Part shown: in pieces, positions 1 to 9,689 of the stretch
How the letters are laid out: each line of letters starts with the position of its first letter
How positions within the stretch are numbered: position 1 is the first letter of the stretch
From: an uncultured Gammaproteobacteria bacterium
Lineage (GTDB): Bacteria; Pseudomonadota; Gammaproteobacteria; UBA9214
Assembly (NCBI GenBank): GCA_963701455.1
Contig: CAVPAE010000007.1
Span: forward strand, 223,761-287,760
Length of the DNA: 64,000 nt
Direction of reading: 5' to 3'
Notes under the pieces: model-generated
Seen by the model: the letters and a program-made list of their open reading frames with translations, nothing else
Databases searched by the model: none
What the model was told of the DNA's origin: nothing
Program-made: the position numbers and the translations under genes

Positions 1-1741
1 CCTGACTGCCGTGCAGCATGCCATGCCCGGGCTGCTCAATCCGTATGGTGCCAATGCGCCGCAGGCGGTGCAGGAACACTACGACGACAAACCGTTTTTC
101 CTGGACTTCCCGTTTGGTTACGTGGCAGCGGACGTCAACTGGTTCGAGGGCGCGGGTATTCCGTTCGCGGCGTTTGACGATTCTGGCCGGGAAAACGCCT
201 ACCCGCTGGTGCGCGTGGCAGCGAAGAGCGGCGCAAACACGCTGGCGACGGTAGACACAGTGCTACCGATCTCCGGCGAGGCGAGTTGCACCAACTGCCA
301 TGCAGACCCGGCGGATGTGCAGAACAGCCGCAGCAGTGCGCCGACCAATGCGCTCAGCAATGCCGGACTGCCGGTGGCCACCAGCCTCGACGACCCGGAT
401 GCCAATCTGCCGACGAAGGTCAGCGTGGAGTATGCCGCCGACATCAACATCCTGCGGCTGCACGATCTGAAGCACGGGAACCGCTACGTGAGCACAGCGT
501 GTGACAATGTGCCGGCCGGAGAAAACTGCCTCAATACTGCGGCCGATCCCTGCACCATCAACAATGCCACCCCGAACGGGTCGAAGAGTTGCCTGACTAA
601 CAAGGCGCTGGTGCAACTGCAGCCGGTAGTCTGCCAGGTATGTCACTACACACCGGCGCTGGACCTGGCACAGGTCGGACCAATGGCCGGCGCTCCGGGT
701 ACCACCGCCAATGGCCGCAACCAGTTGGCAAACCAGAGCAACTCGCGGGTGATGCACAATCACCATGGGCAGTTTAACAACCTGTTCCCGGCCATTCCGG
801 CACCGACACAGGCCGCCAACGGCATCATCACCAACCAGGCCGCGCGACTGAGGGCGCTGGAAGACAACTGTTACCAGTGCCACCCGGGCTCGACAACCCA
901 GTGCCTGCGCGGTGCGATGTTTAATGCAGACATGCTGTGCAGTGACTGCCATGGCAGCCTGCTGCAGGTGGGCAACGACTTCTCGAAGAACGTCTCGCCG
1001 AGCAACCCGGGAGCCTTTATCCTGGCGGATGACTTCTACACCAATGCCAACACGCCGCGCGTGCCCTGGGCGAACGAACCAGGTTGCGGCTCCTGTCACA
1101 CCGGTGACGCCGACAGCAACCTGGCAGGCACGCCCAATACTATCGTCAACAAGGTCGACACCAACGGCAATACGGACGGTATCCGCCTGCGCCAGGCCTG
1201 GCTGAGTGGAGATGCGAAGGCGACGCCGATCGTGCCGGGTAACAAGCGTTTCGCTGAGCCCGTGGTACCGGCGAAGTTCAATGGCTTCAGCAATCCCGGC
1301 GCCGGCAACCCGCAGTTGTACCGGGTGAGCACCGGCCACGGCGGTGTGATGTGCGAAGGCTGCCACGGGGCCACGCATGCAGAATGGCCGAATGCCAACC
1401 CGAATGCCAACGACAATGTCACAGCCAGCCAGCTGCAGGGACACACCGGGACAATCGTCGAGTGCAGCACCTGCCATGGCACAACAATGAATAACCGCAA
1501 CACCCTGCTTGGGCCGCATGGCATGCACCCGGTTGGCGGCAATACCGGATTTGCCAGGGGCGGCCACGAGAACATGGACACCAGCGGCTGCCCGGCCTGT
1601 CACGGCCCCGGATCCAGATCGCAAAACGCCGGCACCGTACTCTCCCTTGCCAAGACGGACCGCATCCTGGATGGCACCCTGGTACACGAGGGTGAACCGG
1701 TCGGCTGCGCTATCTGTCATGACGGCGGCGATGATGATTAG
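1..1741 (+). CDS. multiheme c-type cytochrome (9 CxxCH motifs), 5'-truncated at window edge
   Basis: The frame is open to position 2 and no signal peptide is visible, so the N-terminus lies outside the window. Nine CxxCH motifs: CTNCH, CQVCH, CYQCH, CSDCH, CGSCH, CEGCH, CSTCH, CPACH, CAICH. The antisense 530-aa ORF has low-complexity R/G/A-rich content. Confidence 0.8.
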   Translation, partial: LTAVQHAMPGLLNPYGANAPQAVQEHYDDKPFFLDFPFGYVAADVNWFEGAGIPFAAFDDSGRENAYPLVRVAAKSGANTLATVDTVLPISGEASCTNCHADPADVQNSRSSAPTNALSNAGLPVATSLDDPDANLPTKVSVEYAADINILRLHDLKHGNRYVSTACDNVPAGENCLNTAADPCTINNATPNGSKSCLTNKALVQLQPVVCQVCHYTPALDLAQVGPMAGAPGTTANGRNQLANQSNSRVMHNHHGQFNNLFPAIPAPTQAANGIITNQAARLRALEDNCYQCHPGSTTQCLRGAMFNADMLCSDCHGSLLQVGNDFSKNVSPSNPGAFILADDFYTNANTPRVPWANEPGCGSCHTGDADSNLAGTPNTIVNKVDTNGNTDGIRLRQAWLSGDAKATPIVPGNKRFAEPVVPAKFNGFSNPGAGNPQLYRVSTGHGGVMCEGCHGATHAEWPNANPNANDNVTASQLQGHTGTIVECSTCHGTTMNNRNTLLGPHGMHPVGGNTGFARGGHENMDTSGCPACHGPGSRSQNAGTVLSLAKTDRILDGTLVHEGEPVGCAICHDGGDDD

Positions 1742-1935
1742 CGCGCAATATGCAGGAATAATGTGCTCTGACAAACGTCTCATACAGCGCTGATCACGCG
1801 CCCGGGACCCGGCCACATCCTGATTGTCTTTCTTTATGCACCTGTAATCCTGCATAATTCAGCCAGCCGGCTGATAACGGGTCGTACTTGCGGGTGTCGC
1901 AAAGCGCCTGCCCAACTCGGATAAAACCTCAGGAT

Positions 1936-3429
1936 ATGTTCACAATGTTGCGATTGATGACACTGTTGTTGTTTGTTTCGGTCCTGTCTGGATGTAATAA
2001 CGGGTCTTCTTCCGGTGGTATTGGTATTGGGGGTGGTGCTGGAGCCGCAAATTCCCGGCCAGTTGTCTACATCGCCGATGCGGATACTGACGGGATCAAC
2101 GAGCTGTACCTTGCGGACGCGACAATGCCCGGTGCTGCTGTCAAGCTGAATGCCGTGCTGGTTGCCGGCGGAAACGTAACCGATTACCGGGCAAACCCGG
2201 AAGGCACGCAGGTGCTGTACCTTGCTGATCAGGAGACGGATGATGTGTTCGAACTCTATCTTGTCGAACTTGCCACACCGGGTGTTGCAACAAAGATCAA
2301 CGGTCTGCTGGTTGGCGGCGGTAACGTAACCAGTGACTTCGCATTCTCACCGGACGGCACGCAGGTTGTCTACCGGGCGGATGAGCATGTCAACGGGGTA
2401 TTCGAACTGTTTCTCGTCAACCTGGCGGCACCCGGGTTTGCTGCGAACCTGAGTGGCCCGCTGACTGGCGGGGGTGATGTATTACCCGGGTTCGCGTTCA
2501 CGCCGGATGGCACCCGGGTCATCTATCATGCCGATGAACTGGCCGGCAATGTCAATGAACTGTTTGTGGTTGATCTTTCCCTGCCGGGAGTATCGACAGT
2601 ACTCAGTGCCCCCCTTGTCGGCGGCGGTGATGTCAATCCGGGATTTATCGTAACCCCCGACAGCTCACAGGTCATATATCGCGCCGACCAGACAGTTGAT
2701 AACCAGGTGGAACTGTATCTCGTTGACCTGGCCACACCCGGTGTTTCCATGACATTAAGCAGCCCGCTGGTTGCCGGGCGCGATGTCTCCGACGGGTTTA
2801 TTATCAGTCCCGATGGCAGCCTGGTTGCCTACCTTGCCGACCAGGACAGTAACGACGTATTCGAACTGTACGTGGTTGCGACAGCAACCCCGGGCGTATC
2901 CACCAGGATCAACCGCAACCCGACTTCCGGCGGTGATGTCCTGCAATCAGGATTCCGCTTCAGCCCTGACAGCAGTGCGCTGGCCTACGTTGCCGACGAG
3001 AATACCAATGACCTTGTCGAGTTTTTCCTGGTCGAGCTGGCAAGCCCGGCGGTCTCAATCAAGCTGAACGGCCCACTGGTAGCAGGCGGAGATATTTCGA
3101 CTGATTTTGCGTTTACCCCGGGAGGCACTGCGCTGATCTACGTTGCGGACCAGGATACTGACGACGTGTTCGAACTGTATCGCGTCGAACGCGCCACACC
3201 GGGCACGACAGTCAAGCTGAATGCCCCGCTGGTGGCCGGTGGCAATGTCCAGTCACCGGGCTTTGAGCAGTCAGATGACGGGGTAGACCTGTTTTATATT
3301 GCCGACCAGGCAATCGATGAGGATTTTGAGCTGTATGTTGTTGACCTGGCAACGCCGGGCGCTGCAACAGAAGTGGGGGTCCCGCCGACAGCCGGGGGGG
3401 ATGTGCTGGAGTTCTCGCTGATTCAATGA
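1936..3429 (+). CDS. lipoprotein with ~11 PD40/TolB-like beta-propeller repeats
   Basis: Signal peptide ends in a lipobox (LLFVSVLSGC). There are about 11 repeats of ~45 aa of the form ELYLVDLATPGV..LN.PLVAGGDV..FSPDG..V.Y.AD, which resembles PD40 repeats. Start chosen at ATG 1936 (MFTMLRLM); ATG 1945 is an alternative. Confidence 0.7.
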   Translation: MFTMLRLMTLLLFVSVLSGCNNGSSSGGIGIGGGAGAANSRPVVYIADADTDGINELYLADATMPGAAVKLNAVLVAGGNVTDYRANPEGTQVLYLADQETDDVFELYLVELATPGVATKINGLLVGGGNVTSDFAFSPDGTQVVYRADEHVNGVFELFLVNLAAPGFAANLSGPLTGGGDVLPGFAFTPDGTRVIYHADELAGNVNELFVVDLSLPGVSTVLSAPLVGGGDVNPGFIVTPDSSQVIYRADQTVDNQVELYLVDLATPGVSMTLSSPLVAGRDVSDGFIISPDGSLVAYLADQDSNDVFELYVVATATPGVSTRINRNPTSGGDVLQSGFRFSPDSSALAYVADENTNDLVEFFLVELASPAVSIKLNGPLVAGGDISTDFAFTPGGTALIYVADQDTDDVFELYRVERATPGTTVKLNAPLVAGGNVQSPGFEQSDDGVDLFYIADQAIDEDFELYVVDLATPGAATEVGVPPTAGGDVLEFSLIQ

Positions 3430-3470
3430 GCTGGACCCCGGCCTTCGCCGGGGTGACGACTTATTCAGGG
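3429..3470 (+). repeat. partial copy (3' 42 bp) of interspersed repeat family C (GC-rich hairpin ccccggccttcgccgggg)
   Basis: Near-identical to the 3' ends of the copies at 44743-44908 and 46618-46784. Lies immediately after the lipoprotein stop codon. Confidence 0.8.
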
Positions 3471-5527
3471 ATCCCCTGGTCTCTAACCTCACGCCTGTCG
3501 AGCAGTGATTCCCAGGCCAGCAAGCTATAGGGCATGGAACCAGGGGCATCGGCCAGTTGCGCGCCGGCCCAGGCCGCGGTTTCCCTGGCTCGTTGCTGAT
3601 ACAGGGTCTCGTTGCTGAATGCTGCCAGCTGCAGCAACACCTGCAACGCCACGCCGTTGGCCGACACGGCGGCACCATCAGCCAGCGGCTTTTCCCGTAG
3701 CCACAACTCCGTGTCAGCGCCGGTATTGAAAAACCCGCCATTCTTGCCGTCCCAGAACCGTGCCAGCATGGCATCGGTCAGGCTGCGCGCCTGCAGCAGC
3801 CAGTCGCGTTTACCGCTGACCTTGTACAACGCCAGCAGCGCCTCGGCCAGCGCGGCATAGTCCTCGCAAAATCCTGCCACGCCACGCACGCCATCACGCC
3901 AGTCCCGGTAGAGTAACTGCGTATCGTCATCCAGCAACCGACCCTCGATGAACTCCGCCGCCGCCACCGCGGCATCAAGATAACGCGGCTCATCCAGCAC
4001 CCGCCCGGCCAGCGCCAGCGTGGTGATCATGTAGCCGTTCCACGCCGTGACCACCTTGTCATCGACAGGGACTGCCGGGCGTTTGCCGCGCGCCGCCAGT
4101 AGTCGTTCATCTACCTGTGCAAGGCTGCTGCGCTGCGACGCCGGGTTCCACCTGGAAACGTGTCGGCCAGCGCGGCTGTGTCCAGTGCGCGGTACAGCAC
4201 GTTGCTGCCGGCGACCTCGCCGTGCGCCTCCCCCGCCTGCGTGATGCCGTAGCGGGCCACTGCCCAGTCACGCAGTTCCTTATCCGGCAGGGCTTCCATC
4301 AGCTGCGCCCAGCTCCAGGTGTAGTAGGCACCTTCCTGCAGGTGCGTCCTGTGCCTTGCCGGGAACCGGGCTGTCCGCACTCAGGGCCGAATAGAACCCG
4401 CCCTGCGGGTCGCGCATTTCAGCCAGCGTGAAATCCAGGATGGCGCGCGCGGTAGCGGCATAACGTGCAGCACCGGTGCGCCGGTAGGCAACCAGGCAGG
4501 CGCGTGCAATCAGCGCCTGGTCGTAAAGCATCTTTTCGAAGTGCGGCACATGCCAGTCAGGATCGGTGGCATAGCGGTGGAAGCCGCCTCCCAGCTGGTC
4601 GTGAATACCGCCGGCGATCATGCTGTCCAGGGTGTGCAGCGCCATCGCTGCACTGTCCGCGTCTGCATCCTGCAGCAGGAACAGCAGGCGTGCCGGTTGC
4701 GGAAACTTCGGTGCCGGGCCGAAGCCGCCCTGCAGTTCGTCATAAGACGCTGCGAACTGTTTGCGTGCCGTGAGCAGGGGCGCATTATCCAGCTGTGCCA
4801 GCGGCGTCGCGGATGCATCCATCCGGCGCAGGGTCGCCACGGCATTGTCCGCAACCCGGCGAATGCCGTCCGCATCCGACGCCCACGCCGCGGCCAGCTT
4901 CTCCAGCAACGGCCGGAAGCCGGGCCTACCCCGGCCTGCTTCCGGCGGATAATAGGTCCCGCCCAGAAACGGCTTGCCGTCCGGCGTCGTCCACACGGAC
5001 ATCGGCCAGCCGCCATGGCCACTGGTCAGGGTGACATAGCGCATGTAGGCGGCATCCACGTCGGGACGCTGCTCACGGTCCACCTTGATGGCGATGAAAT
5101 GCGCGTTCAGCAGCCTGGCGATGGTCGGGTCGCTGAACGATTCACGCGCCATGACGTGACACCAGTGACAGGTGAAATACCCGATGGAAATGAATACCGG
5201 CTTGTTTTCCCGGCGTGCCTGCGCGAACGCCGCCTCACCCCAGGGATGCCAGGCAACCGGGTTATCCGCATGCAGTCGCAGATAGGGGCTGGATTCATCC
5301 GCCAGGCGCCAGCCGCCGGCAGGTTGCGAGGATGCCGGAGTTTCAGCCTGAGCAGGCGCGCCCAGCAGCAGGAGGAGCGCCAGCAACGCAGTGAGGCATT
5401 GTCGCAGTCGCAGGTTGGGCTGAACAACGTGAAGCCCAACATGACGGGATAGACGGAACTCGCACTCGTTGGGCTTCGCAAGCTCAGCCCAACCTGCCTG
5501 CCTTTCCGGCAAAAGTGTCGTCAGCAA
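3461..5527 (-). pseudogene. thioredoxin-domain protein (YyaL/DUF255 family), split over three frames by two apparent frameshifts
   Basis: The N-terminal ORF 4280-5527 has the thioredoxin motif [14 protein letters not shown]. The middle piece 4111-4380 and the C-terminal piece 3461-4054 (six-hairpin glycosidase-like part) are in different frames. Intact homologs are about 680 aa. The 5' end overlaps repeat family A and no in-frame ATG follows the signal-like [17 protein letters not shown] segment, so the start is uncertain. Confidence 0.6.
5413..5494 (-). repeat. 82-bp interspersed repeat family A (nested inverted repeats ggttgggctga / gaagcccaac)
   Basis: The reverse complement aligns almost base for base with 16993-17074. 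Confidence 0.85.
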
Positions 5528-5587
5528 TGCCAGCCCCCTATCGCAAAGTATCAGGAACCATCAAGTCTCCCCTGCGTCATTCGACGG

Positions 5588-6379
5588 TCAGGAGCCCGCA
5601 GGGTTCCAGCTGTCGAGCCGCAGTACCTCCCTGGCATTTGCCGTCGTCCTGCGGGCCAGTTCCTCCACGGGTTCATCTCGGATCTCCGCCAGTGCGGCCA
5701 GGCAGTACGGCAGGTACTCCGGGCTGTTACGCTCACCGCGATGCTGCGCCACGGTCATGTCGGGCGCATCGGTTTCCAGCACCAGGTCCTCCAGCGGCAG
5801 CGCGCGCGCCAGCGCCCGCAGCTTGCTGGAACGTTCGAATGTCAGCATGCCGCCAAAACCGAACTTGAAGCCGAGATCGCGGTACTGCGCCGCCTGCTGC
5901 AGGCTGCCGTTGAAGGCATGCGCAATGCCGCCGCAAACACGAACCCGCTTCAGGGTCGCCAGCACCTGGTCATGCGCCTTGCGCACATGCAGCAGCACCG
6001 GCAAAGCGGCCGCCTGTGCCAGTTGCAGCTGCTGCTCGAACAGGACCTGCTGGCGCTGGTGATCCAGACCGTCCACGTAGTAGTCGAGCCCGATCTCGCC
6101 AACGGCCACGGCCGGCTCCCGCGCCAGCCAGGTTTCCAGGGCCTGCAGGTCTGCCGGCTGATGCAGTTCCAGATAGACCGGGTGCAGACCGTATGCCGGG
6201 TACAGGCGGCTGTCGCTGGCACAGAAGTCCCGCAGCCCGCTCCAGCCGGCAGCGGCAACACCGGGGATTACAATCCCGCAAACGCCCTGTTCAAGGGTGC
6301 GTCGCAGGACGGCCGGCCGGTCGGCGTCGAACTCGCTGACGTCCAGGTGGCAATGGGTGTCGATGATTTCCACAGTCAT
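5588..6379 (-). CDS. tatD: TatD-family metal-dependent DNase/hydrolase
   Basis: MTVEIIDTHCHLD ... LLHVRKA ... AHAFNG ... LETDAPDM, 264 aa. The upstream part of the long ORF 5588-7045 is read-through, antisense to tcdA. Confidence 0.85.
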   Translation of the reverse strand: MTVEIIDTHCHLDVSEFDADRPAVLRRTLEQGVCGIVIPGVAAAGWSGLRDFCASDSRLYPAYGLHPVYLELHQPADLQALETWLAREPAVAVGEIGLDYYVDGLDHQRQQVLFEQQLQLAQAAALPVLLHVRKAHDQVLATLKRVRVCGGIAHAFNGSLQQAAQYRDLGFKFGFGGMLTFERSSKLRALARALPLEDLVLETDAPDMTVAQHRGERNSPEYLPYCLAALAEIRDEPVEELARRTTANAREVLRLDSWNPAGS

Positions 6380-6526
6380 GATTGTAGGCGCTCGCGCACG
6401 GCAAACACAGTGGCCGGAAGTTCTGCCCGGAAAATCGGCGCTATGGCGTTCCCGGATTACGCTCCGCTTCATCCGGGCTACAATGATGGTTTTGCGGCCC
6501 GGGCCGCGCACGGGAGTTGTTGCACA

Positions 6527-7327
6527 GTGGTAAACGAAAACCAGGATACAGAGCGCCGCTTTGGCGGCATCCAGCGCCTTTACGGGGATGCCGCCCTGCA
6601 AGGATTCCGGCAGGCGCACGTCTGCGTGATCGGCATCGGCGGCGTCGGTTCCTGGGCGGCCGAGGCACTGGCGCGTTCGGCCATCGGCCACATCACGCTC
6701 ATCGATCTTGACCATGTCGCCGAGTCCAACATCAACCGCCAGCTGCCCGCCCTTACCGCCACCCTTGGCATGGCCAAGGTCCGGGTCATGGCGGAACGAA
6801 TTGCACAGATCAATCCGGACTGCGTTGTCACCACCGTCGAGGAATTCATTACCCCCGACAACCTGGAACAGCAACTCGACCGGGGCTTTGACTACGTCAT
6901 CGACTGCATCGACGGCTTTCGGACCAAGGCCAGGCTCATAGCCCATTGCCGCCGCAACCGCATTCCGGTGGTGACCGTGGGTGGCGCCGGTGGACAGAGC
7001 GATCCGACACGCATCCGGGTCGCCGACCTGAGCCGCACCGAGCACGATGCGCTGTTCTCCAAGACCCGCAAACTGCTGCGCACCGACTACGGCTTCACGA
7101 AAAATCCGCAGCGCCGTTTCGATGTCCCCTGCGTTTATTCACTGGAGCAGCCCGTGTTCGCCAGTGCTGACGGCTGCATCAGCCAGGAAAAACCGTCCGG
7201 CACCACCACGGGCGGGCTGACCTGCGCCGGCGGCCTGGGCTCTTGCATGCCGGTCACGGCCAGTTTCGGGCTGGCCGCGGCCGCCCATGTCCTCAAGAAA
7301 CTGCATCAGGCCAGCTCCCGCACCTGA
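6527..7327 (+). CDS. tcdA: tRNA threonylcarbamoyladenosine dehydratase (ThiF-family, TcdA/CsdL)
   Basis: RFGGIQRLYG..VCVIGIGGVGSWAAEALARSAIGHITLIDLDHV..NINRQ. Start taken at GTG 6527 (GGGAG lies 10 nt upstream). ATG 6443 is an alternative. The first ~260 aa of ORF 5741-7327 are antisense to tatD and not coding. Confidence 0.85.
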   Translation: MVNENQDTERRFGGIQRLYGDAALQGFRQAHVCVIGIGGVGSWAAEALARSAIGHITLIDLDHVAESNINRQLPALTATLGMAKVRVMAERIAQINPDCVVTTVEEFITPDNLEQQLDRGFDYVIDCIDGFRTKARLIAHCRRNRIPVVTVGGAGGQSDPTRIRVADLSRTEHDALFSKTRKLLRTDYGFTKNPQRRFDVPCVYSLEQPVFASADGCISQEKPSGTTTGGLTCAGGLGSCMPVTASFGLAAAAHVLKKLHQASSRT

Positions 7328-7339
7328 CGCGCAGGTATT

Positions 7340-8128
7340 TCAGCGCCGCCGCCAGGGAAACAGCCGCGGCACCGTCTGCTGATACTTCCGGTACGGCATA
7401 CCGAGGTAGCGCACCAGGTCGCGTTCCTCGAAGCCGATGCCGATCAGGATATAGGCAGTCAGCCCGAGCGCCAGCAGCAGGTGCCCCTGCGTCATCGTCG
7501 GGATCGACCAGACACCAAGCAGCACACCCAGCATCAGCGGATGGCGGACGTACCTGTATGCCCCGCGGGTAACGAAAGGCGAGTGGCTGTATTCGCGCCG
7601 GCGAAAATGCAGCCAGACCTGGCGCAGCCCGAACAGGTCGTAGTGGTCGATCATGTAGCTGGAGGCGAACAGCAGCAGCCAGCCGGCGGCACAGATTGTC
7701 CACAACAGTCCGGCGAGCAGTGTGGAGTCCACCTGCCAGACAATTTCGGGCAGCGGTCGCCAGTAGTAGCACAACGCACCCAGGATCAGTGACGTGGTCA
7801 ACACGAACGTGCTGCGCTCCGCGGCATCCGGAATATAGCGCGTCAGCCACTGCTTGAAACCACTGCGCGCCATGAGGGTATGTTGCACGGCAAACAGCAC
7901 TATCAGCGCCAGGTTCGTGATCGCCGCCAGCAACGGCGGCGCATCCGGCCCGCGATCGACGCTCCGCGGCACGAACAGGTCCGTCACGAAGGCGATGAAA
8001 TAAACGAACACGGCAAAAAAGATGGCATAGCTGAATACGCCGTAGGCCAGCACCAGGCTGCGGCACAGGAGACCGGGCGTCGCCACCGATGTGAAACGGG
8101 GCATACCTGGATTATCCATGGTGAGCAC
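7340..8128 (-). CDS. membrane methyltransferase of the isoprenylcysteine carboxyl methyltransferase (ICMT)/PEMT-like family
   Basis: Polytopic membrane protein. C-terminal region reads RGAYRYVRHPLMLG...FEERDLVRYLGMPYRKY. Confidence 0.7.
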   Translation of the reverse strand: MLTMDNPGMPRFTSVATPGLLCRSLVLAYGVFSYAIFFAVFVYFIAFVTDLFVPRSVDRGPDAPPLLAAITNLALIVLFAVQHTLMARSGFKQWLTRYIPDAAERSTFVLTTSLILGALCYYWRPLPEIVWQVDSTLLAGLLWTICAAGWLLLFASSYMIDHYDLFGLRQVWLHFRRREYSHSPFVTRGAYRYVRHPLMLGVLLGVWSIPTMTQGHLLLALGLTAYILIGIGFEERDLVRYLGMPYRKYQQTVPRLFPWRRR

Positions 8129-8178
8129 CTCCTGTCAGAACTGCAATGACCGCAGAGCCCGGCCATGCAGCGGAAAAG

Positions 8179-8550
8179 TCAGGCACCGGCATAGCCGAAC
8201 TCGGCCTGCCACTTGCCGCGGCGATAGTCGAGCCGCAGCCAGTGAGGGAAATAACGCTCGGGTCTGACAACGGGCATATCCACGAGCGGCGGCATTTCCC
8301 CGTCGCAGTCACTGATGGAACAGGTCCGGGTCGCGACCGGGCGGAACCGGACCAGCAAGCGGTCAGTCAGGGAAATATAGCCCTCCGCGGGCGGTGCTTC
8401 ACGCACGTAGACCCGCTTGCGGATCAGGCAGCTGAAATACAGTTCCAGCTCCAGGCACAGCGGCTGCGCACGCCGCTCGAGCTGTCGCCTCGCGGCATCG
8501 CTGATGTCGAGATGAAAGGACTTGCCCCGGATGCTGAGGGTCTCGCTCAT
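8179..8550 (-). CDS. hypothetical protein (124 aa)
   Basis: ORF starting at MSETLSIRGK, directly downstream of the TusE/DsrC-like gene on the same strand. I recognised no family. Confidence 0.4.
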   Translation of the reverse strand: MSETLSIRGKSFHLDISDAARRQLERRAQPLCLELELYFSCLIRKRVYVREAPPAEGYISLTDRLLVRFRPVATRTCSISDCDGEMPPLVDMPVVRPERYFPHWLRLDYRRGKWQAEFGYAGA

Positions 8551-8593
8551 GGTGCTGCCCGTCGGCTGCAGACGCAGACGACGGGACAAACGG

Positions 8594-8995
8594 CTATTGC
8601 ACGCTGCCGAATCCGGCGTCGGCACTGCCGGCGGGCGGCTCCAGCCCGGCCAGCCTGCAGCCCTGCGACACCGGGCCGCCGGGAAACAACCGGTACAGGA
8701 ATTTCATGCCGCCATGCGCATGGAAGCGTTCTTCAAGCGCGTCATGGAGTTCCCGGGTATTGATGGTCGGCCCGTCATGGCGGGCATAGAACTCCTGCAG
8801 GGCGCGCACGGCTGTCCAGTGATCTGCCTCTGCGGTAATGCCCTCGCCGGCCGCCACATCCAGGGCGGCTTGCCGGGACCAGCCGGTCGGTGCATGCGGA
8901 AAATCTTTCGGGTTGCTTGTCTCTGTCAAGGTCTGCTCCTCCGTTGCGGGTTGGAATAAACCCATTGCCCCCTGACTCTGACTGTAGTTTGCCAA
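8594..8995 (-). CDS. TusE/DsrC-family protein lacking the C-terminal penultimate Cys
   Basis: ...HWTAVRALQEFYARH...KFLYRLFPGGPVSQGCRLAGLEPP... aligns with the TusE/DsrC C-terminal region (LYRLFPxGPAKQAxKIAGLPKP). It ends ...GFGSVQ with no terminal Cys-Val. Confidence 0.65.
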   Translation of the reverse strand: MANYSQSQGAMGLFQPATEEQTLTETSNPKDFPHAPTGWSRQAALDVAAGEGITAEADHWTAVRALQEFYARHDGPTINTRELHDALEERFHAHGGMKFLYRLFPGGPVSQGCRLAGLEPPAGSADAGFGSVQ

Positions 8996-9067
8996 TCGCC
9001 TGCTGACAAGCCGCGCATGCGGCGAACGCCCTCCTCGCCCGGTCCGACCGTCTTTCAGCGGCAGCCC

Positions 9068-9529
9068 TCAGCCAATCAGGAAACGCCCACCCGACGCAAT
9101 TGCAACCACCACCAGACCGATCGCCAGATTGACACCGATCAGGACGCGTATCTGCGCCAGCGCCTTGCCGCCTGCCGGCCAGTCCTCCGCCGCCACTGCG
9201 CGCTTGAGGCGCGTGAATGGCGCAAAGAAGACATGCAGGAAGATCAGCATCATGACATAACCTGGCCAGACCATCAGGTGCACGTGCAGGCCAACGGCAT
9301 CGAAGCCGCCATAGAACGCCAGCACCATCCAGTAGCCGCTCGCCAGGAGTATCGCGATGGCGGCAAATACCCAGGGGAAAAATCTCCGGAACACTCCCGC
9401 CCACAGAGCCAGGCGCAGCGGTGGTTCCAGCTGTGCGACCGCAACCGGACGCAGCATCACGTGGCCAAAAAACATTCCACCGACCCAGACCACGGCGGAC
9501 AACAGATGCAACGTCAATGCGATTCCCAT
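9068..9529 (-). CDS. small integral membrane protein (CopD/DUF2214-like, 4 TM)
   Basis: MGIALTLHLLSAVVWVGGMFFGH... Four hydrophobic helices. Start set at the ATG ending at 9529. The longer upstream extension of ORF 9068-9919 is probably not coding. Confidence 0.55.
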   Translation of the reverse strand: MGIALTLHLLSAVVWVGGMFFGHVMLRPVAVAQLEPPLRLALWAGVFRRFFPWVFAAIAILLASGYWMVLAFYGGFDAVGLHVHLMVWPGYVMMLIFLHVFFAPFTRLKRAVAAEDWPAGGKALAQIRVLIGVNLAIGLVVVAIASGGRFLIG

Positions 9530-9689
9530 GACACTTCCCCTTCTATCCCGATTGAAAATTCCCGCCATTGTCGCACAAGCGGCGGCTGGAGAAATACGCG
9601 GCAACCTTCCCTGCGTACAGTGTTGCATGCAGGCCCGGCGGAAAAGCGTATGATGTCTCGCCGTCAATCCGACAAGCGGACAACCCGGC

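Noticed and set aside
263-1855. 530-aa ORF antisense to the 9-heme cytochrome
   Set aside because: Low-complexity R/A/G-rich translation typical of a high-GC antisense frame. The + strand carries nine CxxCH motifs.
5741-6526. N-terminal 260 aa of the 528-aa ORF 5741-7327
   Set aside because: Antisense to the well-conserved tatD. Only the C-terminal ThiF/TcdA part has recognisable motifs.
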